This document shows, piece by piece, positions 54,351-62,485 of a stretch of 64,000 nt of DNA. The stretch's first letter is position 1. Every line of letters begins with the position of its first letter. The stretch is from Deltaproteobacteria bacterium HGW-Deltaproteobacteria-19. GTDB taxonomy: Bacteria; Desulfobacterota; Syntrophia; Syntrophales; PHBD01. The stretch spans positions 39,883-103,882 of the forward strand of contig PHBD01000006.1 of NCBI GenBank assembly GCA_002841865.1, read 5' to 3'. Below the pieces are notes generated by a model that saw nothing but the letters and a program-made list of their open reading frames with translations, did not search any database and was not told the origin of the DNA. Made by a program: the position numbers and the translations under genes.

Positions 54351-54434
54351 GAAATAATTGGGGATGTTTCCAAGGGTTGAGGCCTTCCCGGGACCTTTGT
54401 GGCGGGTCGTTGGAAGGATGCGGCTAACCGGTGA

Positions 54435-54779
54435 TCAGGACGGCCTGAGAACCAGTTCATTCAGGATCTCTTCCAGGTATGCCGGAGGAAGCGATTCGCC
54501 GAGGGTCTCCATGTCCGTTTCGAGAACTTCGCAGAGGGCCAGCGCCAGGCCTTCGTACATAATCATCAGATGGTGGAGGGCCTCTTCCACCCGCTCCTCC
54601 AGAAGAGCCTCTTCAAGGGTCTCCCGGATGAAGGGGTCTCCTGCCAGGTCCAGGGAGGATCGGCCCAGGGTCTCCAGGTAGCGGGACGGGGCCTCGTCAC
54701 TGCTGTAAAGGATGGCCATCTGCCGGAAGGCCAGATAACAGTAGATCGCCCGCTGGGTGACTTCTTCTTCGCTGAGCAT
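54435..54779 (-). CDS. Small acidic helical protein, unknown function, coupled to ycaO
   Basis: The ATG at 54779 lies 1 nt after the ycaO stop (TGAcATG). Protein is 114 aa and Glu/Leu-rich ('ETLEEALLEERVEEALHHL'). No family recognised. Confidence 0.55.
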   Translation of the reverse strand: MLSEEEVTQRAIYCYLAFRQMAILYSSDEAPSRYLETLGRSSLDLAGDPFIRETLEEALLEERVEEALHHLMIMYEGLALALCEVLETDMETLGESLPPAYLEEILNELVLRPS

Positions 54780-54780
54780 G

Positions 54781-55989
54781 TCATTCTCCGTCGGGGGCGG
54801 CAAAAAGGCGGTCTCCCCTCCGGCTCCGGTCGAAACAGCCCGCCTCCATGCCGGGGACGATCATCCGCACCGTGGGAATGCCGGTTGCGGAATCCGTGAG
54901 ATCAACTGCGATGACACGGTCCAGGCCCTGCCGGGCGCACTTGGCAACGAGGAGATGGACGTCGTCGAGAAGATCGTCCCGATAGTCCGCAGCGATTTCT
55001 CCCAGACTCTTGTGCCGGAGGCTGAAGAACCGATAATCCTCTTCATCCTCCCGGAAATAGGCGGTACAGTTTTCCTGCAGGGCCGCCAATCCTCGCGTCT
55101 GCAGGAACAGGGCGCGGGTCGTGACAATTTCCAGGAGGGCCCGTGCCAGGGCCACGCGGGGATCCAGGTGGGTCCCGAAGCCGTCGATGGGGATCATCGA
55201 ATCGTACTGCAGGTCGCGGGAAAAGGCCGCGACCGTGGGCACTCCCACGTCGGACGTGATGTCCTTTGCCACGATTTCCACATCCGCCGCGTTGAACTTC
55301 CCGATGATGTCAACGAGAAAGGCGCAACCGGGGGAGTCGTCGACCGATAGTGCGTCCATTGCCTCGGCCCGGTATTGGGCGATGCTCCAGGCGTCGCGCT
55401 CGATCACCTCGGTGAGGCCGTGCTCGACGGCCTCCTCCATGGTGTTGCCGGCGGCGATGCCGTTCGTGTGGGTATGGGTGATCAGGATGTCGTCCAGGTG
55501 AAAGGGATGGAAGACCGTGCAGGCGGGGACGTAAACGTCCTCGTTCCTGTGCAGGTCATACCCTGAGATCCAGAAGATGGGCCGGTCATCATCGTACTCG
55601 CTGGACTGCGAAAGGATCAGGTCCGGCGGCGGAAGGACGTTGAACTGCCGCGACAGCTGTCTGCAGCTTTCCCGAACCAGCCTGTCCCGGTGAATTTCGC
55701 GGAACTCGGAAGCGTACCGCTCGACCGACTCCATCGTGAGAGACACCCGGGCCTGGATGGGCGTGATCCCCTTGCCGGTGTGCCGGGTTACGGACTCGTC
55801 CGGCCGGATCCGTCGGCAGGTGAAAACGGGGAGGCCGATGCGGTCGTCTTGCTCGGCGTCCCGGATATCCAGCATCCCGACAGTCTTCTCCAACCGGGTG
55901 ATGAATGCCAGGGTCTCTGCGGGCGGGCGGGATCGGTGAGTCTCCAGGATATAGGTTTTCGGGCAGGACTTGAGAAACAGGGGCGGCAT
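54781..55989 (-). CDS. ycaO: YcaO-domain protein (ATP-dependent amide-activating enzyme family)
   Basis: ATG at 55989 with AAGGAG 7 nt upstream. 'RHTGKGITPIQARVSLTMESVERYASEF' and 'NGIAAGNTMEEAVEHGLTEVIERDA' are YcaO blocks. No C-terminal PxPxP motif. Confidence 0.85.
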   Translation of the reverse strand: MPPLFLKSCPKTYILETHRSRPPAETLAFITRLEKTVGMLDIRDAEQDDRIGLPVFTCRRIRPDESVTRHTGKGITPIQARVSLTMESVERYASEFREIHRDRLVRESCRQLSRQFNVLPPPDLILSQSSEYDDDRPIFWISGYDLHRNEDVYVPACTVFHPFHLDDILITHTHTNGIAAGNTMEEAVEHGLTEVIERDAWSIAQYRAEAMDALSVDDSPGCAFLVDIIGKFNAADVEIVAKDITSDVGVPTVAAFSRDLQYDSMIPIDGFGTHLDPRVALARALLEIVTTRALFLQTRGLAALQENCTAYFREDEEDYRFFSLRHKSLGEIAADYRDDLLDDVHLLVAKCARQGLDRVIAVDLTDSATGIPTVRMIVPGMEAGCFDRSRRGDRLFAAPDGE

Positions 55990-56230
55990 CCGTTTTCTCC
56001 TTGTGCAACGGGCTGCCGGAACGGAGAATCCCTTGCGCCGGCGACGACAGGAAATCAATCTCAAATCAGGCGGACTGTCAACCGTTTTGTGAAGCGATAT
56101 CCGGAACGGGCTGGGAAACCGGCGTCCAGAGCCAAAGCAATTGACAAACAGCCGGGGTTGTGAGAAAAACCCGAACCAGTCTTTTACTGGTAAAAGCGCC
56201 TTTTTCCCCCTTCCCAAAAATAGCTACGAA

Positions 56231-56270
56231 CCGGACCTGCACAATCGTGGAGCGCACAGGGCAGGTCCGG
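56231..56270 (+). other. Perfect 10-bp stem / 20-nt loop hairpin in the thiolase leader
   Basis: CCGGACCTGC (56231-56240) pairs with GCAGGTCCGG (56261-56270). It ends 11 nt before the AGGAGG of the thiolase gene. Confidence 0.6.
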
Positions 56271-56291
56271 GGGAAATAAAAGGAGGATGAG

Positions 56292-57650
56292 ATGAAGGTA
56301 CCGCAGAAACTGGATAAAACCAGACAAAAGTTTTACGCCGATGCCAAGATAGCCGGGTTCGGCGAAAGGAAACCCGATTATTCAGGCATGGGAAGAAAGA
56401 TCAAGGGCCAGTTCAAGAATCTCCGGGAAGTGGTCTGCGTGGAGGCGTGCCGCACACCTTACGGTGTCTTCGGCGGATCCCTCAAGGGGTTCGACGCCCC
56501 TCAGTTGGGAGCGCTGGCGATCAAGGAGTGCCTGCGGCGGGTGAGCGGCAAGGTCAAGCCGGAGGACGTCGACTACGTCATTATGGGACAGGTCGTACCC
56601 GCGGGATGCGGGCAGGTGCCCAGCCGGCAGGCGACCCTGCTGGCGGGGCTTCCTGAGTCCGTGCCGTCTATCACGGTCAACAAGGTCTGTTCGTCGGGTA
56701 TCAAGACGATCGATCTGGCCGTTCAGATGATCCAGACGGGACGAGCCGAGATTGTCGTCGCCGGCGGCCAGGAAAGCATGTCGAACTGTCCCTATTCGCT
56801 GCCCGACATGCGCTGGGGAAGCCGGATGGGCCTTCCCAACGGACGCATGGTCGATCTGATGGTCTATGACGGTCTCTGGGACGCCTTCTACAACCGGCAC
56901 ATGGCCATCCACGGGTCGGAGACGGCCGATGAGTTCGGTTTCACCCGGCAGGACCAGGACGAGTGGGCGTACACCTCGCAGATGCGGGCCGTGGAGGCCA
57001 TGAAGGGGGGCCGCCTGGACGACGAAATATTCCCCGTGGAGATCAAGAAGGGCAAGGATGTGGCTGTCTTTGACAAGGACGAGGGGCCCCGGACGGGCAC
57101 AACGTTAGATGGCCTGGCCAAGCTGCCCCCCGTCTTCAACCACAAGAGCACCGTGACGGGGCAGCTGGGCAGCGTAACAGCGGGCAACGCGCCGGGAGTG
57201 AACGACGGCGGGGACGTGTGCATGCTCATGAGCGCCGAGAAAGCGAAGGAACTCGGCCTGAAGCCCCTCTTCACGATTCTCGGTTATGCGGAGGTCTCCC
57301 AGCCGACCAAGGACATCGCCACCGTCCCGGGACTTTCGATCAAGAAGATCCTCGAAGAGAACGACCTGACGGTGGACAAGGTCGACCTGATCGAGATCAA
57401 CGAGGCCTTCGCGGCCGTCGTTCTCGTCAGCGCCCGCACCATCCTGGGCATGTCCAAAGAGGATATGATGAAGAAAGTCAACGTGAACGGGAGCGCCATC
57501 GCCTACGGCCATCCCATCGGGGCCACCGGCGCCCGGATCCTCATGACCCTCGGCTACGAACTCAGGCGGCGCGGAGGCGGCATCGGTGTCTGCGGCATCT
57601 GTTCCGGCCATGCCCAGGGCGACGCCATGCTGATCCGGGTGGACAAGTAA
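56292..57650 (+). CDS. Acetyl-CoA acetyltransferase (thiolase) with a ~45-aa N-terminal extension
   Basis: '[10 protein letters not shown]' (active Cys) and '[20 protein letters not shown]'. AGGAGG lies 5 nt upstream of ATG 56292. The usual thiolase start motif '[12 protein letters not shown]' begins at residue 45. Confidence 0.88.
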   Translation: MKVPQKLDKTRQKFYADAKIAGFGERKPDYSGMGRKIKGQFKNLREVVCVEACRTPYGVFGGSLKGFDAPQLGALAIKECLRRVSGKVKPEDVDYVIMGQVVPAGCGQVPSRQATLLAGLPESVPSITVNKVCSSGIKTIDLAVQMIQTGRAEIVVAGGQESMSNCPYSLPDMRWGSRMGLPNGRMVDLMVYDGLWDAFYNRHMAIHGSETADEFGFTRQDQDEWAYTSQMRAVEAMKGGRLDDEIFPVEIKKGKDVAVFDKDEGPRTGTTLDGLAKLPPVFNHKSTVTGQLGSVTAGNAPGVNDGGDVCMLMSAEKAKELGLKPLFTILGYAEVSQPTKDIATVPGLSIKKILEENDLTVDKVDLIEINEAFAAVVLVSARTILGMSKEDMMKKVNVNGSAIAYGHPIGATGARILMTLGYELRRRGGGIGVCGICSGHAQGDAMLIRVDK

Positions 57651-57714
57651 AGGGAACCGGGAGGAAACGATACGGTTCTCCATCCACATCGACATTCCGG
57701 AAAAGGCAGGAAGA

Positions 57715-57754
57715 CCGGAGAAACGGAGGGGCCCGGGCCCTGCCGTTTCTCCGG
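57715..57754 (+). other. Perfect 12-bp stem hairpin between thiolase and hbd
   Basis: CCGGAGAAACGG (57715-57726) pairs with CCGTTTCTCCGG (57743-57754). The loop contains GGGCCCGGGCCC. Confidence 0.6.
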
Positions 57755-57793
57755 GCCTGCCGCATTCCCGGGAAAAAACAAGGAGGGAAAAAG

Positions 57794-58651
57794 ATGACAA
57801 TCAAGACAATCGGCGTAGTGGGTGCGGGACAGATGGGAAACGGAATCGCCCAGGTTGCTGCCTATCCGGGCGGCCTGAACGTTATCATGAATGACATTGC
57901 CGAGCCGTTCGTGAACCGGGGCTATGACACCATTTCCAAGAACCTGGACCGGCTGGTGGCCAAGGAGAAGCTGACGGCGGACCAGAAGGCGGAGATCCTC
58001 GGGCGGATCAAAAAAAGCACGAACGTCGAGGACATGAAGGATGCCGACATCGTTGTGGAGGCGGCCGTGGAGCGGGAGGACCTGAAACTGGGGCTCTTCA
58101 AGAAGCTCGACGAGATCTGCAAGCCCGGTGTCATCCTCGCCACAAACACGTCGTCCATTCCGATCACCCGGATCGCCGGCGCCACGAAACGCCCCGAACT
58201 GGTCATCGGCATGCACTTCATGAATCCCGTGCCGGTCATGCGGCTCGTGGAGATCATCCGCGGTCTTGCCACCTCGCAGGAAACCTATAATGCCACCGAG
58301 GCCCTGAGCAAGCAGTTCGGCAAGGTCCCGGTGGAGTGCAACGATTTTCCAGGATTCATATCCAACCGTATCCTGATGCCCATGATCAACGAGGCGGTCT
58401 ATGCCCTGATGGAAGGCGTCGGGCAGCCGAAGGCGATCGACGACATCATGGTCCTGGGAATGAACCACCCCATGGGGCCGCTGGCCCTGGCCGACCTGAT
58501 CGGCCTGGATACCTGCTGGGCCATCATGGACGTGCTCTACAGGGGCTTCGGCGATTCCAAGTACCGTCCCTGCCCGCTCCTGAAGAAGTACGTCGACGCC
58601 GGGTACATGGGACGAAAGAGCGGCCGCGGTTTTTACGACTACAGCAAGTGA
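57794..58651 (+). CDS. hbd: 3-hydroxybutyryl-CoA dehydrogenase
   Basis: '[15 protein letters not shown]', '[10 protein letters not shown]' and '[18 protein letters not shown]'. Confidence 0.92.
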   Translation: MTIKTIGVVGAGQMGNGIAQVAAYPGGLNVIMNDIAEPFVNRGYDTISKNLDRLVAKEKLTADQKAEILGRIKKSTNVEDMKDADIVVEAAVEREDLKLGLFKKLDEICKPGVILATNTSSIPITRIAGATKRPELVIGMHFMNPVPVMRLVEIIRGLATSQETYNATEALSKQFGKVPVECNDFPGFISNRILMPMINEAVYALMEGVGQPKAIDDIMVLGMNHPMGPLALADLIGLDTCWAIMDVLYRGFGDSKYRPCPLLKKYVDAGYMGRKSGRGFYDYSK

Positions 58652-58687
58652 TGCGGCATCCGCCAGCCGTTCCATGAATGGATTCCG

Positions 58688-58720
58688 GCACCCTCTCCCG
58701 GCATACCCGGGGGAGGGTGC
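58688..58720 (+). other. 14-bp stem hairpin after hbd
   Basis: GCACCCTCTCCCGG (58688-58701), loop CATAC, CCGGGGGAGGGTGC (58707-58720) with one G-U pair. There is no T tract. Confidence 0.5.
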
Positions 58721-58800
58721 ACCGGGACCGGATGCCGTTCCGGGATGAACCCTTTAAGGTGCCGGGCTCGAGAGGCTTCCGGCTGCATGATGGGGGACCC

Positions 58801-59133
58801 ATGGAAATCGATACCCGCAGGGAAAAAGAAGCGGTCGTTGTTTCCGTCCGGGGTCGCATGGATGCCCTTTGCGCCCCGGATTTCGACCGGATCCTGGAAA
58901 GTTTCCTGGCGCAGGGGGCGAACCGTTTCATCATCGACTTCGGCGCCCTTGAATACATCAGCAGCGCAGGTCTCCAGTGCATCCTGGCGGCGGCCAGGCA
59001 ACTTGAGGAAGGGAAAGGGGAAATTTCTCTGGCTGACCTGAAGGGACCGGTCCGGGAAGTCTTTGAGATATCCGGTTTCGATACCCTTTTCCCAATCTAT
59101 GATACAGTGGAAGCCGCATTGAATCCCGACTGA
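58801..59133 (+). CDS. STAS-domain anti-sigma-factor antagonist (RsbV/SpoIIAA-like)
   Basis: 110 aa. 'IIDFGALEYISSAGLQCIL' contains the conserved phosphorylatable Ser context. Confidence 0.85.
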   Translation: MEIDTRREKEAVVVSVRGRMDALCAPDFDRILESFLAQGANRFIIDFGALEYISSAGLQCILAAARQLEEGKGEISLADLKGPVREVFEISGFDTLFPIYDTVEAALNPD

Positions 59134-59162
59134 TTTTCCTCAGCAGGGGATTTGGATCCCGT

Positions 59163-59624
59163 ATGTCGTCCATGAAACAACCCGCAACACTGGATTCCCT
59201 CCGGCCGTTCATGGCCTTTGTATCGAACTGTCTGACCCTGAGGGGTTTCAGTCCCCACCGGGCGAGCGAGATTGAACTCGCTGTGGAGGAAGCCCTGGTT
59301 AACATTTTCCGATACGCCTACCCTGACCGCCCCGGCACCGTCGAGGTCCGGTGCCGGGGCACGGCGGATCGGCAACTCGTCATCGAAATCGAGGACGAAG
59401 GCGTTCCCTTCAATCTCCTGTCCATTCCCGATCCCGAATTGTCCACGGAAATCAGCCGGCGCAAGGTCGGCGGACTCGGCATCTACTTCATCCGGAAGAT
59501 GATCGACGACATTCACTATCGCCGGGAGAAAGACCACAATGTCCTGACCCTGGTCGTCTCTCCGGAGAAGCCGGCCCCGTTCATGGGCAAGCCGGGATGC
59601 CGTCATTCCGGTCAACCCCTGTAG
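59163..59624 (+). CDS. RsbW/SpoIIAB-like serine kinase (HATPase anti-sigma regulatory factor)
   Basis: N-box 'VEEALVNIFRYAY', 'IEDEGVPFN' and 'GGLGIYFIRKMID'. Confidence 0.85.
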   Translation: MSSMKQPATLDSLRPFMAFVSNCLTLRGFSPHRASEIELAVEEALVNIFRYAYPDRPGTVEVRCRGTADRQLVIEIEDEGVPFNLLSIPDPELSTEISRRKVGGLGIYFIRKMIDDIHYRREKDHNVLTLVVSPEKPAPFMGKPGCRHSGQPL

Positions 59625-59641
59625 ACCCGGGAGGAGTACCC

Positions 59642-60592
59642 ATGGATGACCATCGGAAGGTCCGTGTGGAGAAATATCTTCGGGCGTCCGTCCTCAATGA
59701 TGTGGTCGAGCTGGAAAAGAGGGTCTGGAACCGGGATGGGTACCGGGAAGTGAATGCACCGATGCTGTATTTTGAGCTGGCCTACCTGACCAACGGGCTC
59801 GTTCTGACGGCGTTCGATGAGGGGGTTTACCCGGAGGAGGAACGCCGGCGGATGGCCCAGGAAGATCCCTGGTATGCCCAGGACCGGCCCATCGGATTCC
59901 TGGCGTGCTTCGCCGACTTCGACAAGAAGGGCCCATTCTGGTACGGAGCCCGCATGGGGGTGGACCGGCTCTACTGGGACAAGAACATCGGCGAGGAAAT
60001 ACTCCGTGTGCTTTACGAATGCGCCAAGGAAAGGAGCATTCCCCGGATCCGCTGGACCTACGATCCGCTTGTGTCGAGGAACGGTTACATCTACATCCAT
60101 CGGATGGGTGCCATCGTCCGGGAGATCGGGTTCAACTACTACAGCGCCGTTTTCACCAGCGACGAATTCAACCGATCCATCTCGACGGACCGGTTCATCG
60201 TGGAGTGGCTCATCCAGACCGACCGGGTGCGAGAGCGGATTGAGCGGGGCATTCTTCCCTCCCTGCACGATACGTCGGAGATGACGGAAGAAAACATTGT
60301 CAATGCCATCGACATGGATGAGGACGGGCTCGAGTGTCCGGGAGAAAAGAATGTTTTTCATCTCAATGTCTCCCCGCTGTTCGTCGAAATCCCCTACAAC
60401 CAGGACCGCATCCTGAAAGTGGACCGCACCAAGGCCCAACCTCTCCGGGATTATTGCCGGGCTCTGTTCATGCACTACCTGGCCCGCGGATACGTGGTGC
60501 GCGGTTTCGTGGTCGGGAAGGAGGCCGACAACCGCCGGAGGGCCTACTACCGGCTGGAGCGCGATTCGCGCTGGAAGACCCTGAATATTTAG
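59642..60592 (+). CDS. Uncharacterised protein resembling the COG3375-type GNAT-fold family
   Basis: 'RWTYDPLVSRNGYIYIHRMGAIVREIGFNYY...STDRFIVEWLI' resembles, from memory, the 'FDPLxxRNAxxNxxKLGA...SDRLxxxW' blocks of that family. Confidence 0.45.
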   Translation: MDDHRKVRVEKYLRASVLNDVVELEKRVWNRDGYREVNAPMLYFELAYLTNGLVLTAFDEGVYPEEERRRMAQEDPWYAQDRPIGFLACFADFDKKGPFWYGARMGVDRLYWDKNIGEEILRVLYECAKERSIPRIRWTYDPLVSRNGYIYIHRMGAIVREIGFNYYSAVFTSDEFNRSISTDRFIVEWLIQTDRVRERIERGILPSLHDTSEMTEENIVNAIDMDEDGLECPGEKNVFHLNVSPLFVEIPYNQDRILKVDRTKAQPLRDYCRALFMHYLARGYVVRGFVVGKEADNRRRAYYRLERDSRWKTLNI

Positions 60593-60693
60593 CGAAGTGG
60601 CGGTGAAACATCGGGGATCCGTCCGCTCACGGATCCCGTGACCCGAAGCGCCGGGATGGCAACGGCACAGAGATTCCGAGGGGCAGGCAACCG

Positions 60694-62361
60694 GTGAAAG
60701 TGAAGATCCCCATCCGAACCAAACTACTCCTCGCCTTTCTGGGATTACCGGTGATCTCGCTGATCATCTTCGGCTATTTCGCCTTCGGGGATATCCGGCA
60801 GATCGGGAATTATGCACTGGAGAGCAGTGCATCCCTCGGGGACAGGGCTGCCAGTGACAGCGCCAGGGCCCTGGAAAACCTCGGAGAAAGCGTCATCACC
60901 CAGAAGGCGGCGGACGTTGCACTGCAGTGCCGTATTTATCTGGACGCCCATCCCGGCATCCGGATGGATGAACTCAGAAAAAGGCCGGATTTCCAGAAAA
61001 TTGCCGTCCAATCCGTTGGAAAAACGGGTTATACCCTGGTCTACGATCGTGGAACGGGATTGATGAAATTTCATCCGAATCCGGAGATCGTCGACTTCGA
61101 CCTTCGCCAGTGGCGGGACAAGCTTCCTGATTTCTGGAAAATCTTCGAAAAAACCTTCGACGGGTCCTCAAGCAGCGGCTATTACGACTGGCTCGACGTG
61201 GACGGCAGCATCCGGCGTAAATTCATGTCCATCGTACCCGTTCGGGACTCGATGTTCATGGTCGCCGCTACTACGTACATAGATGAGTTTTCTATTCCGG
61301 TGAAGGAAACAAAGACGCGGATCGATGCGACGACCCAACAGATCAAGGAGCACGTCAACGAGACACTGGACGATATCTATCGAAACTTCTTCGCTTTTCT
61401 TCTTTTTCTGATGGTCGTCGTCCTCGGTGTCGCCGTTTTTATCTCCCGTACGATCACCCGGCCCGTCCTTTCCCTGATCCGTGGCGTGAAGGCCATCGGG
61501 CGCGGAGAGATCGATCATCGGGTGGAGGTGCAGACAGGGGATGAGATGGAGGAGTTGGCAGCGGCGTTCAACCGGATGACCATGGATCTGCAGGATCATA
61601 TGTCGGAACTGAAGCAGACCACGGCGGACCGGGAAGGGCTTCTCAAGGAACTGGAAATCGCCCGGGGAATCCAGCAGAGGCTGATTCCGGACCGAGCGCC
61701 CCGGATCCCGAGGATCGATCTTGCGGCCAACAATATCCCGGCTCGGGAGGTAGGAGGTGATTTTTACGACTTCATCCCCGTGCGCGATGATTTATGGGGA
61801 GTCGTCATCGCCGACGTGTCCGGCAAGGGAATGCCGGCGGCCATGTTCATGGGGCTGTCCAGGACTGTGGTCCGGGCCAGCGCCACAGGAACGCTCGACC
61901 TGGCACACGCCATCCGGCAGGCCAATGAACTGATCTGCCGTGATTCCACGTCCGGAATGTTCGTCACTCTTTTTTATGCGGTCGTCGAACCGGGTCCGAA
62001 ACTCCGGTATGTGAACGCCGGTCACAACCCTCCGCTCCTGCTGCGAAAGGGGGAGGACGAGCCGGGCTATCTGAAGGCCCGCGGCATCGCCCTCGGGGTG
62101 AAAAGGGATATTCAACTGGAGGAAATCGCGCTTTCCCTCTCGAATGACGATCTGGTGGTTCTCTATACCGACGGCGTCACAGAAGCGGTCAACGAAAACG
62201 ACCAGCCTTTCGGCCTCGAGCGACTGACCCGGGTGGTTCGGGAGAACCGGGGTCTGTCCGCCGGCGAAATCATCATGAAAATCCAGGACGCCGTCATTGC
62301 GTTTGCTGGTGGGAGGCCCCAGTTCGATGATATTGCCCTTGTCGTTCTCAAGGTGCTGTAA
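60694..62361 (+). CDS. Membrane sensor PP2C phosphatase (Cache-like periplasmic domain - HAMP - SpoIIE/RsbU)
   Basis: Two TM segments flank a ~200-aa extracytoplasmic domain. HAMP 'ITRPVLSLIRGVKAIGRGEIDHRV'. PP2C motifs 'REVGGDFYDF', 'VIADVSGKGMPAA', 'LYTDGVTEA' and 'FDDIALVVLK'. Confidence 0.85.
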   Translation: MKVKIPIRTKLLLAFLGLPVISLIIFGYFAFGDIRQIGNYALESSASLGDRAASDSARALENLGESVITQKAADVALQCRIYLDAHPGIRMDELRKRPDFQKIAVQSVGKTGYTLVYDRGTGLMKFHPNPEIVDFDLRQWRDKLPDFWKIFEKTFDGSSSSGYYDWLDVDGSIRRKFMSIVPVRDSMFMVAATTYIDEFSIPVKETKTRIDATTQQIKEHVNETLDDIYRNFFAFLLFLMVVVLGVAVFISRTITRPVLSLIRGVKAIGRGEIDHRVEVQTGDEMEELAAAFNRMTMDLQDHMSELKQTTADREGLLKELEIARGIQQRLIPDRAPRIPRIDLAANNIPAREVGGDFYDFIPVRDDLWGVVIADVSGKGMPAAMFMGLSRTVVRASATGTLDLAHAIRQANELICRDSTSGMFVTLFYAVVEPGPKLRYVNAGHNPPLLLRKGEDEPGYLKARGIALGVKRDIQLEEIALSLSNDDLVVLYTDGVTEAVNENDQPFGLERLTRVVRENRGLSAGEIIMKIQDAVIAFAGGRPQFDDIALVVLKVL

Positions 62362-62418
62362 CTCGATTATGATCATCACACATGTCAGTCCGGATAGTTG
62401 TTCCCGCAACTTTTCCTC

Positions 62419-62447
62419 TTGTTTCCCATTGGTTATTAGAGTATAAC
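62419..62447 (+). promoter_or_regulatory. Candidate sigma70 promoter of the HD-domain gene
   Basis: TTGTTT (62419-62424), 17-nt spacer, TATAAC (62442-62447), in an AT-richer spacer. Confidence 0.3.
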
Positions 62448-62485
62448 CCTTGTAATTTTTGAGGTAATCATCCTTGGGAAAAGGA

